Source: Eledone cirrhosa (Eukaryota). Taken from it: 64,000 nt of DNA. The stretch's first letter is position 1; the number at the start of each line of letters is the position of its first letter. Of the stretch, positions 24,434 to 37,575 are shown in pieces. The stretch covers positions 393,266,001 to 393,330,000 of the forward strand of contig OZ024740.1 of the NCBI GenBank assembly GCA_964016885.1, read 5' to 3'. A program made the translations under genes and the position numbers. The notes below the pieces were generated by a model. That model was not told the origin of the DNA. It made no database searches and was given only the letters and a program-made list of their open reading frames with translations.

Positions 24434-27096
24434 ATATTTGTTTTTGAAATGCGCATAATAAAATACATGGAACTTTTTAACCATCTTTTAATTTCTTCTT
24501 ATATATATAGATACATAGATAGAGAGAGAGATTTGTTCTACCTCTGAGTTCAAATCCCCCCAGAGTGAATTTAGCTTTTCCTCCTTCTGAGTTTGATAAA
24601 ATAACCTGTCAGATATTGGGGTTGATAAAATGATTTCCCACCCTAATTGTGCCCAAATTAGAAAATGTCATTGTATTCTTACCAAAACAACAACACAACA
24701 TTTTCAATATATACTTTCTGAAATAACAGATATCCACAGAGCTGTGTGGTTTCATATCAATCTAAGATCCTAAGGTCTGAAACAGTTATGATACTACATA
24801 TTGCTGTCCATCTTACTCTCAGTTTGGTTGTCTATCATCATATTTAACTATCTAACAATTTTATTTTTCATTCCCAATACATCTATAAACATGATACATC
24901 ATCATTGATTTAACAACTTAATAATGAGCCTCTCTAGATATTTTATAGTATTTAGTTATATTTATGACATATATAAAAATGTGATTGTGCATGACTTTGT
25001 GGTAAGGGCATTCAACTCACAATCGTAAGGTCATGAGTTCGATTCTTGGTGGGGCATTTTGTCCTTGAGCAAGACACTTTATTTCACCTTGCTCCAGTCA
25101 ACTCAGCTGGCAAAAATGAGTTGTACCAGTAATTCGAAGGACTAGCTTTGTCACATTCTGTCATGCTGAATCTCTCTGAGAACTAAGAGAAGAGTACGCA
25201 TGTTTGTGGAATGTTCGGTGACTTGTAGGTTAATTTCATGAGCAGGCTGTTCCATTAATCATATCAACTGGAACATTTGTCATAACTGACGGAGTGCCAC
25301 TACTACTACTATTTAGTTATACCTTTTTTATGTTGAGTTCAAATAATTGGATTTTCCTTTTATCTTTCCAGGGTTGGTAAAATAAGTACCAGTTATACAC
25401 TGCAGACAAATTAATGGACTATATCCACCTCACACTATGTGCTTATGTTAGAAATAATTTTTCACTTTGAGAGTACAAATTATAAACGTATAGCAATTAA
25501 TGTTGATATATATTATTCATAATTCATTTGATATTGTTTGCAGATCAATCCTCATCTGAGTAGCTAAACAATATATCATATGCCTGCCTCATATAATTAC
25601 ACATTAGAAGAAATGGTAAACATAGGCTTTTCATACAATAGTATTAAAGCTCCAATAACCACTGTAAACCAATGAACCATTGATTGGCCTGTTAGACATC
25701 TTTGTTATTATCCAACAAGGTAATTGCTCATGCATGCCTGTAACAAGATCTTCCACATTCAAACACATCTAATTATTATAGAACACACATAAAAAGAGAC
25801 ACAACATGCACATACACATGCATGTGTATGTGTGTATCTGTTTATATGTGCGTTCTACAATAGTTAGATGTGTTGGAATGTGGAAGATCTGCAGAGATTG
25901 GTTAGAAAATAGTTGAGTATGGTTTATTGGATATGAAATGCAAACTTGCATGTAAGCCAAAGTGCAAAGAAGCTAGATAGAAGTTGAGCATTGAAAGTAT
26001 TAGTTGATGTATTCGAGAGATAAGAACCATATAAGAACCATATAAAACAAATTGATGATGAGTGCTTGATGAAAATTGTTGTGTAAGAGCCAACAGTGAA
26101 AATTATAACACACATAAATATATATGAGGAAGACAAAAAGATAAAGCATGGGCAGTTATGATGGGATGAAATCTCAGGAGTGGGTGTATGTTGAGTGGGT
26201 GTATGTTGTCCATTGTATGATGGTGGTGGTATGGAAAAATGAACATTAAAACAATGCTGATGATGCTGATTAGTTGTTCAATGCTGAGGTCAGATCTTAT
26301 CAATAACAAGTGACTGGGAAGGGGGGAGTGAAAGTGAAACCAACCCATAACCCATTTATGTGCTTTGTGTATGTATGAGAGATGTGTATATGAGAGAGAT
26401 AGAGGGAGAGAGTGAAAGAGGGAGAGAGATAGAAAGAGAGACAGAGTGAAAAGTGTAAGGAGGAAGAACACAGAGGGGTACGTGATGTGATTATTTGTTA
26501 AAAAAAATTATGTATAGTTATAATTAGTGATATTTTGATATAAATCTTCATATAAATGTATAAGCACGTATGACTATAATATCCTCATTCTTTCTTATAA
26601 TTTATTTATATAACCATACGACCTCTGCATGTGCCATTATCATTTGATTAGTTTTTCTCTTTGTCTATCTAACCATTTCATTGTCCGTTGACTTAACTGT
26701 TTCTCTCCAACTGTTCATTTACTTATTTATCTGTCTAACTTTCTATCAATATATCTATCTACTTTATATTAATGAAAATTACATCAAATTACCTATTTAT
26801 CAATCCTGGAGATCTTAGATTAGAAGTCCATCATGCTTATCAATATATTATAGATGGATGATTCATAGAATTCAACCCACGTTATGGATCTCTAAGATGA
26901 TGTGTATTCTAGTCACTGGGAATTTTCATTGCCAACTACATTGTGTGGCACAAAACCAATAAAATTAAGGTATTGAATTAATCTAGTAGCAGGAGTAGCA
27001 TATGCAATGTGCCCTGAATTTTAAAGGGACCTAGGTTAAATACGTTGTTACTATAGTACTACTGCCTTCAAGTTTTATGAACAACTAGGTAGTTAA

Positions 27097-27506
27097 CCCT
27101 TTTGATACCAACCCTTCGAAAATTGTCTCTGGTTTTATGGTACAAAACTGCTCATTTTAAAATGTTCATATCTAAATTAAAACTTTCCAAAAATAAGTTT
27201 TTGCTAAGTAATGTTCCAAATATCTTAGCAGCAGTGCTGGATTTACCATTGTGCTTAAGCATAGGGCCCAGTTGGCTATTACGGGGCATCTTCATGCCAA
27301 AAATGTTTTTTTAACTCCTTCAGGGTCCAAGTAAGGAGTATCATAACTTAACTAGCACAGGGCCTCATTTGTCCTAAATCTGGCACTGCCTATCAGCAAT
27401 GAAAAAGTTAAGCAATGTTGCTGAATTCCTGAAAAATTTTACATCATTTTCCAAATAAATTGAAACATAGGCTATATATTTCATTAGAAATATTTTAATG
27501 AAAGGG
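27097..27506. mobile_element. piggyBac-type MITE (family 2) with nested insertion
   Basis: TTAA-CCCTTTTGATACCAACC ... AATGAAAGGG-TTAA. Related copy 60580-60799; fragments near 13.0-13.2, 45.7-45.9 and 58.9-59.1 kb. Confidence 0.7.
27232..27388. mobile_element. hAT-like MITE nested in piggyBac MITE
   Basis: TIRs CAGTGCTGGATTTA / TAAATCTGGCACTG. Imperfect 8-bp TSD CTTAGCAG / CCTATCAG. Confidence 0.6.
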
Positions 27507-30355
27507 TTAAAGCTGATCCAATTCTCACAGTACTTCTGAGATTGAATTAATTCTAGATTAGATGTTTGCACGTTATCAATTATAATCCAGTGATTCTGTA
27601 TATGCTCTGGTACTGTAATAAAATACTACCTTTAACTTTTATGAACAAGTGTGTGCTTAAGGTTGATCCAATACTGTGGACATTTCTGAATCCAATACAC
27701 TTTAAATTAAACAAATTAAAATCATCAAATTGACTAGCAACAGCAAATGGGTGCTAATTAATAGACATACCATTTTATTTCTCTGTTTTGATGCATTAAA
27801 CTCATAATACAATAATTGTGCTTAATTATTAATTTTCTCATAAATAAGATTGGTTGAATGAATCACACATTAGATTTTCCCACCTGGCCAGTGTGTGACA
27901 CTAACATTGTAAGTGTTAGTGTTGGCTATGCAATTAGGGTGTTTCCTTCATTTGAATGCCATGATATGTACATATGTATGTATGTCTATGTATGTACACA
28001 TGCATACAGACACACATACATATTTGTACATATAGACACATTTATGCCCACCAACAAACACAGTGACATGTCTACAAAATTAAATGTGTTCCTGCTGTAG
28101 GCTAGGATTTACTCACAATCTTCTCTTCTTCGGCCTTAGAATGATACCTACTACACTATGCTGACTGATTGACCCATATCTATCCCCTTTACCATCTCCC
28201 ATTATTTACTGGCATCACTTATTTGTATCATTCCCCATCCCATCATCACCATTTACGTCCATTCTTCCACACTAGCATGGGTTTAATCTCTATTTCCCAC
28301 CACTACTACCCCCCCCCCCCATGCATGAGACTCTCTGCCAACATGATTTCCACTTACCTATAGTAGCAATAACTCACTCATCCATACCTTGGCATCCCTA
28401 TTGGTATCTTGTCATACTGCTCATGCTGCTTTCCCTAATTAACTTTTCTGCTGAACTCCCTACCCACCATTTGGCAACCAGCTCTTATCTATGGCTTTAC
28501 AAACTCTCTGCATTTGGCTGTGCACCACCTTCTAGCAACAGCATTGACAGACTGGCTAAACTGGACTGATTGTGGAAGACGGGTCTTAAATTCTCAGTGA
28601 AACTCTTTCAAGGCTTGTCATCTTGTGTATATGAAGGCTGGATTCCCAATGGGTAGAACGGTACTAACTAGCAATGACATGTCACTCGATCCTTGGTATG
28701 GTTCAATCTGTGTTGGCTCACCTTCCAAGTGGTCCATGAAATCAGGAAGAAAGAGTGATTCCAGTGCAAGTCAGGACTCAAACTACTTCTTGGAACCACA
28801 AACAGATGACAAACCTCATTTCAGGCATTGGTAAGAAATTGAATAGTGACAGAGGAAATTCATTATCATTCTTTTTGACAAAACTCTACTACATGTATTT
28901 AATACTCTTTCTTTCATTTATACTTCTAAATTGTTAAACATGTGTGTGTCTATATATATGGACAAAAAAAGAAAGAGAGAGTGAGAAAGTGAGAGACACA
29001 CACATACACAGAGAATCACCTAAATTCTTTTGGTTGTTATCTTCACTGCTCCACCAACTTCTCTAAACTCCAGATGAGACTGAAAGAGAAGAAACTACCT
29101 CACAGTTTTCTTGACTTGACTTCTTTTTTCAATTTTTCTGCTTTTTTATTGGTGTCAACTGTGCAATCTTCCTGACACTTTCGACAGATGTTTAGCTGTG
29201 CAAGAAACATTATTTCCTTATTATTATTGCTGAAAGAATACATACTGGTAACCTCCTTCTCCTCACACAGTCATCATCACCATAGCATGGCCCTCACCAC
29301 ACCCTAGACACATTGAAGAAAGTGGCATGAGGTCTGGCGGTGCTACTTTATCAGGCTTTATCAGCTGTGAAGAGATTTCAGCTGCACATGAACACACATA
29401 TACAAATAGTCAAAACATATACACACAAACACATATGGACTCAAACAGAAACTCACACAGACACATACACACACACACACATTCATTCATAGTATAACTG
29501 AACTGAAGCATGGGTGGTAAGCTTCTCATCTCCTGTCCCTGTGTACTGAATATGAGATGACCAGGTATAATTGGTGATAGTAACAGATTTCTTAAACATT
29601 TGTGAGTCTTCCACATTCTGGCTAATATGCTTAAGAAAGGCATACATATCACAACTTCCATTTCACTTATTGGAATCAATACAAGCTAATATATACCTCA
29701 ATGTGATTATATACTGTTTATTGTAAAAAATACACTCACGTGTTTCTGTTTGAGATTGTATGCGTTGGTTGTGTATATGTCTGTGTATTTGGCTGGATAA
29801 ATATGTTTGTATGCTTGGGTGCAACTGATAAAGCTAGATATGTACATATATATGATTCTATATGTGTATGTAAGTTCTGATTCATTATCAGCATTAATGT
29901 ATGTTCATTTTTCCATGCTTGCATGAGTTGAACAGATCTTCTCCAGCAAATATGCCAAAACCAGCCTCTGGTTCTATGATATAAAGCTTTTTATTTTAAA
30001 GTGTTTATATTTATTGAAAAACCTTCCATCATAAATCTATGTAAGAACCATTGGTAAGTTATGTCCAAACACCAACTTGATAATAAAAAAGTTACTTATA
30101 TCTCTAAGTCAGGTCATTTCAAATTGTTAATTTTAGTAGCTAGAAAAATTAACTAAACTGTTTCCTAATGATTCTGAGGAAGCTACGTAACTATCTTTTT
30201 CTTTCTCTCACTGTATGTGTGTATATATATATATATACACACATATAAGTTGAACTTTCACACAATCTTTACCTAGTTCAATCTATTTTTATTATTTGTT
30301 GTACTCTATTTGGTTTCTATGTGAAAGCACACTAGTTGAGTGATTGTGGCAATAA

Positions 30356-30540
30356 TTGTTTCTACTTTAGGCACAAGGCCAGCAATTACCCAGTGCATTA
30401 CTGGTACTTTATTTTATCGACCTCGTAAGGATAAAAGGCAAAGTCAACCTCGGCGGGATTTGAACTCAGATCGTAAAGGGACGTAACTAAGCTGGAAAGC
30501 ATGGCGTCCGACCCTCTACCGATACTGCCAATCCACCGTT
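30356..30540 (-). mobile_element. Meta-like SINE
   Basis: Near-identical to 2712-2898. Flanked by GCAATAAT repeats. Confidence 0.85.
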
Positions 30541-30951
30541 GCAATAATGATATTTTTTCAATGTGAATTTTTTTTGCCAACATGATTCCCTGTTTGGACA
30601 GAACTGGCTTACCTCCTCCTTAATGTGATATCACACATCGCTAGGGAGCTTACTGCTACTACCATTTGCCACTGGCAAATGAGAGAGCTTAGCACGCCAT
30701 TTTGTGTCTTTCCTAAACAGAGAGGTGACCTCCTGCTGACAAAGCGGCCCCATGCCAATATTCGTAATGTGTACTGTCATTACCTAATATTCTGCACATG
30801 ACTGCACCTTTCAGCGCACGACCAGCAGTTTGGGACCATGGAAACTGTTATAGCAGTCCGAGTACCATATCATCTTACCCACACAAAGCCGTTTCCCTTG
30901 CAGTTTAATGAAAGTGTGCAGTCTGGCCAGCTGGGTTCGAATTTTAATAAT

Positions 30952-31139
30952 TGTTTCTATTTTAGGCACAAGGCCAGCAATTACCCAGTACATTACTGGT
31001 ACTTTATTTTATCGACCCCGTAAGGATGAAAGGCAAAGTTAACCTCAGCGAGATTTGAACTCAGATCATAAAGGGACGTAACTCTATGCTTCAAAGCATG
31101 GTCTCCGACTCTCTACCGATACTGCCAATCCGCCGTCCT
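30952..31139 (-). mobile_element. Meta-like SINE
   Basis: 17-bp TSD GTTCGAATTTTAATAAT at 30935-30951 and 31140-31156. Confidence 0.88.
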
Positions 31140-31515
31140 GTTCGAATTTTAATAATACGAACTTAGTTTTCCATTGAGTGAGTAAAGAAATGGTTGAAGC
31201 TATGTCGGTTCTATTCAACTTGCTTCATTTCCTAATTATATATATAGAAAGAGAGAGAGAGAGAGAAGAAGAAGGAAATTCTGGTCAGAAGCAATGAGAG
31301 TGGATCTCATGATATTGAACTTTACAGAAGAGGTGATGAAGGAACACAGTAGGTAGAAGGCAGCTATGCTGGAAAAGACCCCAAATTCCCATGCAAGCAT
31401 GGAAAAATTGATGTAAAATGATGATATATATATATATAAAGAATAAAGATAGAGAAGTACACACATGCATGCACACTCACGCATATATACATACATAAAT
31501 ATATACAAATACAAT

Positions 31516-32094
31516 TGTTTATACTTTTGGCACAAGGCCAAAAGTGCATGACTGGTGCAATTACCCTACTGCATTACTGGTACTTTATTTTATCAACCCC
31601 GTAAGGATGAAAGACAAAGTTAACATCAGTGGGATTTAAACTCAGAACGTAAAGGGCACAACTCTATGCTGCAAAGCATGGTGTCTGACGCTCCACCGAT
31701 ACTGCCATTCCACCACAGTTTTACAAATATAATTGTTTCTACTTTTGGCACAAGGCCGGCAATTTTCCCAGTGTATTACTGGTACTTTATTTTATCGACC
31801 CCGTAAGGATGAAAGGCAAAGTTAACCTCGGCGGGATTTGAACTCAGACCATAAAGGGCCGTAACTCTATGCTGCAAAGTATGGTGTCCGACTCTCTACC
31901 GATACTGCTAATCCACCGCCCTTAATAATAAACCAACCCCAGTGCATGACTGGTACTTTATTTTATCAACCCTGTAAGGATGAAAGGCAAAGTTAACCTC
32001 GGCGGGATTTGAACTCAGACCATAAAGGGCTGTAACTCTTTGCTGCAAAGCATGTCGTCCGACCCTCTACCGATACTGCCAAACCACTGCCTAT
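31516..32094 (-). mobile_element. Three head-to-tail Meta-like SINE units
   Basis: Units about 31516-31716, 31734-31923 and 31937-32094. The last two are bracketed by 17-bp AGTTTTACAAATATAAT at 31717-31733 and 32095-32111. Confidence 0.85.
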
Positions 32095-32819
32095 AGTTTT
32101 ACAAATATAATAGCATTAAGAATGGGAGACTTTGTGTAGAGAGACAAAGTGAAGCTTTAGCCTTGAATAAACCTTGCTACACATAATGAACAGCCCCTTT
32201 TCTCTTGTTTGCACACCTACACACCTAAACACATGAGAAATTCTGCAAAAGTGGAGCAATGTTAACAGGCTAATGCCTCATCCTGAAACATCTCACACTT
32301 TCTTGAGTCTGTTATCTTTCTCACTATCTCTTATTTTCTCTCCTATCGCTCTCACCCACTCTATCTCCTTGTATCTATCATTCTATCCCTCTCTTTACTA
32401 ATGGGCCTAGGTAATTTAATACAAGTCAGAGTTTCCTGGTAAACAGTGCGAACTACAGCAAAGTCTTAATGCTTTGTTAATTCCCAATGGCTGTTTACTG
32501 CTGGAACTATTCACTGTGGGCGGAGTGGTGTGTTTGGGTGCAGTGGGTGGTGAATGGGATGGCAAGGTGGAAGAAAAAGTGAGGATTTCTAACCCGATTG
32601 TTGCAAGAGTTAGATTAGTTTTAAGAGAAAGGTAATGATAAAATGATATAGAAACACATACATATATACATACACACACACACACACACACATATACACA
32701 TATATACACATACACATATATACACACAAGCACATATATATACACACACACACACATATATACATACACACACACATATATATACATACACACACACACA
32801 TATAATATATATATATATG

Positions 32820-33068
32820 CACACACACACAAGCATATATCTATATATATATATATATATATACACACAGACATATATCTATATATATATATACACACAG
32901 ACGTATATCTATATATATACACACACAGACATATATCTATATATATACACACCGACATATATCTATATATATATACACACAGACGTATATCTATATATAT
33001 ACACACACAGACATATATCTATATATATATATATATACACACACACAGACATATATCTATATATATAC
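32820..33068. repeat. Microsatellite-derived minisatellite, unit about ACACACAGACATATATCT(AT)n
   Basis: About eight variable-length units directly visible. Confidence 0.8.
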
Positions 33069-35500
33069 ATTGTTATACTTTGGGAGGGTCATACTGCCAA
33101 TAAAAACCCATGCACCAGTTAATTTTTACTTCAATTTATTATTATAATTTCCTATTGGTTAGTTTAATACCCAGATGGTTGTTTAGTTGTTGATAGTTAA
33201 AGCTCTTTCCTCCCTACTTTTATTACTTTGTGTCTTTTCTTTGTTCTGTTTTACACCTTCTTGTCTGTGTGAGTTGTGCAGCTGAACTGCGCATGCGTTA
33301 CATCCGGGTGTGTGTTTTTATTTATTTGTTTATATATTTATTTTTCTCTCTTCTCTCTTTTCTACTTGTCACTTTTTAGTTAATTGTTGTCTTGGTTTTT
33401 GTATTCTCTATATGTGTGATTGTGGTGGGGAAGTCTGTCTATGTATCTTATTAGTTTTGTTTTTGTCTTTATATTGTCCTTAGTTACTATGTTATGAGGT
33501 TGTTACTATTCCATTAATACTTTCTATTTAGGTTTGGTCAAAGTTCATCAATGTTTGCAGCTTCTGTAATCTGTTGGAACATTGGGTCTGTTCTATGTGT
33601 AGATATAATTTGTATCTCAATATTCTCTAGTGAACCCCCCCATGTTACATTTTGGTATGTTGGTGGAGAACCAATGAGTTTTTGTTGTTTTGGAGTTCTC
33701 GGCAGTGTTATGGGTTGTCCCATCTATGTGTGTTGTGTTCCTAGTCTTAAACTGTATCTCCATGCATCATATTCTATATACTACATTCCTAGTTTTACAG
33801 TTAATATGAGGGTTTAAGCTGCAGACTATATCTTTTCTATCAGTGTAAGGGGTTTTCTTAAAAGAGTACATTCTGCTAATCAGGGTTTTTATGCAAATTC
33901 CTGGTTTTTCTACTATCTTAATATCTAATTCTAATTTCTCTAAAACCCTTCTAAATCTATATGCTGTTCACCTCTTGGGGTAGCATTGACAAACATTACA
34001 CTCTGGTATTTGTTGCTATGAGTTTATCTTATTTATCTTCTTCACTCTCTCTATCCTATTCCAAAATTTGCTCCTATGCATGGGGCCAGTCCAACTCACA
34101 TTATTTTCTATAATATGTCTGGCCTTGTGCCAAAAGTAGAAATAATTATTTTCTATAATATTCATCCATTTAGCTCTGGCTCCTTTGTACACCCTGATCC
34201 TGTCTCTTTGGTGGTAACCAGAGAACAGCATGGAACAGTGGATGAAGTGTTGGATGCGTCTCTCTAATTCTTTAGGATCACACATGTAGGACACAGTCTT
34301 CATCACTCTTACTAAGTTTACAATAAGTATGTCAACTTTTACATTATCCAAAATGGTTGAGTTTCGGTGGATCTGGTACTTGGTGGCCATGAGTTTGGCA
34401 TAATGTGAACAGAGGATCTGTGTTTTATTATCAATAGCTTCTTACCAGAGTTCTGTATCTAACACAGGTAGTCTATGATTGGGGTGTTTGGTTGGGTAGT
34501 CTACAGTAGCTTTAATACTCTGGTGGATGGAGTTAGCTATTTGCTGGATGCTTTCCATTGTGTTCCTTTCTACTTCCTGACTGTTCTCTTTTGTGGGTGT
34601 TCTAACTACTATATTGATGCTGTCTATGTAGCTGGAGTACATAGTCAGGGCTGTAGAGTTCTCTACTAGGTGTTCCTTAAGTTTTCTATCTCACCATACC
34701 ATAAAGACCTTGGCCACATCACCATCAATGCTGATGCCAATGGCCATCACCTCTTCCTGGCTATATGCTTTGCATTTGAACTTAAACATATATCTCTTAA
34801 GAGTTAGTCTTATACTGGCCCCCACTGCATGTGCAATCATTTTCCTTACTTGGTTCACATACTCTATTTTTCTATGGGTTATTTTTGGCCATTGAGGTAA
34901 TGGTAAGTGGTATACCTCTCCCTGGCCTGGTAGAACAGAGGCTGCTAAAGTCATATCTAAGTATTCCCTAATTCATATATGTCTAAGTGGGAGTCCCAGC
35001 TCACTGGTGTTAATTCCACAGAATTCTACCTTGCTCTCACTGATCATCTCCACACCTTTTTTTGCAGCAAAGTCTATGTCAATGGATGAGTATAGGGTCA
35101 CTACAACCATGCTACATATTATACAGTCAATGAGGTCCCCAATAGGTTGAATTTATTAATTCTACTAAGGAGGTCTTCTGTGTTGTCACACACATCTGGG
35201 ACATTTTAAATATGGGGCGCATGATCATGGAGAGGAAGTAGGAGAGTCTGTAGTTGCTGGCAATGTTGACCCCTCAGACTGGCAGTGTTGGTGGTCCTGT
35301 AACTGGATCACTATTTGTTTTATGGTCTTTACAAAGTCCAAACAGCATTGGTATGTCATTGTTCCAGGTCTGAAAATTGTTAGCTGTATGCTTGTTTGGT
35401 TGCATAATGCTAGACTACTTTATCATGTGAGTATTGAGGGGTTTTTCCTTCCATCATGCTCTTGTGGTACTGTTTCTCTTGTATTGATGATGTAGTGTCG
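33069..35500 (-). mobile_element. Decayed Penelope-like element (Neptune-type layout: RT, Cys linker, C-terminal GIY-YIG)
   Basis: Minus-strand remnants in order: DIDFAAK, AIGISIDGDVAKVFMVW, YIDSIN, DYPTKHPNHRLPVLDTELW, HYAKLMATKYQIHRNS, SVMFVNATPRGE, NCKTRNVVYRI, DPMFQQITEAANI, PNLNRK. 3' end abuts TA-rich repeat. 5' boundary approximate. Confidence 0.8.
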
Positions 35501-36423
35501 CATTGCCTGAATGTAGTTTGGCAAGATTGTCTCTCAAAAATACAACTCATAAGAACATTACACCTTATTTCTAATATTGTACAATTTATTATCTACTAAT
35601 AATTGTAATAATAATATTTAGTGAGAGAGTTAATTGAAAGAGTAATTAGAGAATCAGCAGAAATGTCTTGGAGTATTTGTTCTAGTTCTTTATATTCTGA
35701 GTTCAAATACTGCTGCAATTTGCCTTTCATCCTTCTGAGGTCATAAAATAAAATACCAATCAAGAACTGGGTCAATTGAAACTTCTGATTTCTTGCTCAA
35801 ATTAGAAACTATTATTGTTAGAGAAGGTTGCAAATTGACAGATACGTTAGACCATCAGATAAAATAACTTGAAGTATTTGTTTCATCTCTCTGTGCTGTG
35901 AGTTTAAAACCTGCTGTGGTCAACTTCACCTTTCATAAGAGTTAATAAAATAAAGTCAAATACTGGGGTCAATATAATTGACTGTTTCCTTCCCACCTGA
36001 GATTTCCATTCTTATGTATATGAAAGAAATTACTATTACGTTAGTAGGATGTCAACTATTGAAGCAAAGATGATTGATGTGAGCCTGCAGCTAAAGTGTC
36101 TACAATGCGTTCTAAGGTAGAATACATTGGAATATTTCTCTATTGTCTTCTGCAAGTTCTTCAGCAGTTGACTTCACCTAACGCATAACGTCCTGTACTA
36201 CATGAAACCACATTACCAAGACATTTTTGAAAAGTATAAAAAACAACACTATGATAGCATCAGATTAAACATTTTTTCACAAACATTTGAATTAACAAAT
36301 CCATTTTTAGATATATTCTTCTAACTCATTACAGGATGTAAAGAGTTAATGAAACAATCACTTCTAAATATACAGTACTCTCTCCCTATATCTATATTTG
36401 AGTGACCGCCTTTGTTAACATAA

Positions 36424-36600
36424 TTGTTTCTACTTTTGGCACAAGGCCATCAATTACCCAGTGCATTACTGGTACTTTATTTTATCGACCCCGTAAGGAT
36501 GAAAGGCAAAGTTAACCTCGGTGGGATTTGAACTCAGACCACAAAGGGACGTAACTATGCTGGAAAGCATGGCGTCCGACCCTCTACCGATACTGCCAAA
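36424..36600 (-). mobile_element. Meta-like SINE
   Basis: Near-identical to 2712-2898. Confidence 0.85.
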
Positions 36601-36775
36601 TGCAGTTAAGAATAGTAGGTGCAGTGAGTTATCGCTAGCTGGCTATAGAAACATAATAGATTGTCAACTGAAGAGTCCTGGGTTTATATCATGTCTCCAT
36701 TGTAACATTGTGTTTGTGGATGAACCATTCAACACAGTTCACCCTGTTTGTAAATTATTGTAAGCATGAAATAAT

Positions 36776-36994
36776 TATTTCTACATTTGGCACAAGGCCA
36801 GCAATTTGAAGAGGAAGGGAAGTTGATTAAAATGACCCAGTATGTTACTGATACTTTACTTTATCAACCTCATAAGGATGAAAGGCAAAGTTAACCCTAG
36901 AGGGATTTGAAGTCAGAATGTAAAGAGCTGAACTATATGCCACAAAGCATGTTGGCTGACACACATTCAATATTGCCAATCCATCGCCCTAAAG
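36776..36994 (-). mobile_element. Meta-like SINE, longer older subfamily
   Basis: Extra about 25-nt segment in the tail. 14-bp TSD AAGCATGAAATAAT at 36762-36775 and 36995-37008. Confidence 0.8.
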
Positions 36995-37171
36995 AAGCAT
37001 GAAATAATAGATATAAAAATGCCAAACTTTATAAAGCAGTAGTTTCCAAAATTATTTTGTTGTTGATCCCTCACAGAATTTTCTAAAAATCAGAGCTCAT
37101 GCCCATATTTTACACACAATCCCCACCACCTTAATTTTAATGAGCCCTTAAATAAAATGAAAAATGTTTTT

Positions 37172-37575
37172 TCTCTTCTTCGCCCACTTATTCCAGTGGG
37201 TCCTGTCAGAATCAACCATCTCCAACTGATCTGGCTGGATCTTCAAGCGAGACCAGCCAAGCTCATGGAGGTTATCCAACCATTTTGCTCGGGGTTTACC
37301 CCCAAGTTTCCTGTCGGTTGGTTTTGCCTGTAAAATCAGTCCAGTGATTCTTTCCTGAGATATTCTAACGACATGCCCATATTATTGGAGGGACTCTCTG
37401 ATCTCTGAGCTATTCACTCTATCGAGTAACATTACTCCCAAAATCCTTAGGAGGAACCCTATTTCGGCTGCTTGTATTCACGATCATATTCTTTCGGTCA
37501 TTACCCAAGATTCATGACCCTAGATAAGAGTAGACATGAATACCAAATTGAAAATAGCAAGTTTGGCTATCTTCC
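37172..37575 (-). mobile_element. RTE family D 3' fragment
   Basis: Colinear with 8106-8525 (shared TTCTTTC.GTCATTACCCAAGATTCATGACC and GGTTTTGCCTGTAAAATC). Confidence 0.8.

Larger units (their letters stand above)
23782..24500 (+). mobile_element. Fold-back element centred on (TA)n, hammerhead in each arm, right arm split by a SINE
   Basis: Left arm 23782-23940; right arm about 23996-24090 plus 24434-24493, nearly identical. Central and flanking (TA)n. Confidence 0.82.

Noticed and set aside
28575-29240. Possible host exons (GTAAG at about 28831; minus-strand TTTCAG acceptors at about 29080 and 29230)
   Set aside because: No recognisable protein or consistent frame, and part resembles an old RTE relic. 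RNA-seq would be needed.
30356-32094. Regularly recurring repeats suggestive of a CRISPR-like array
   Set aside because: Units are about 190-bp SINEs with TSDs in eukaryotic DNA, with no constant short repeat-spacer pattern or cas genes.
32416-33122. Long ORFs rich in YI/CV/HT repeats (also near 6.0, 14.0, 23.8 and 62.3-63.4 kb)
   Set aside because: Translations of stop-free microsatellites, not genes.
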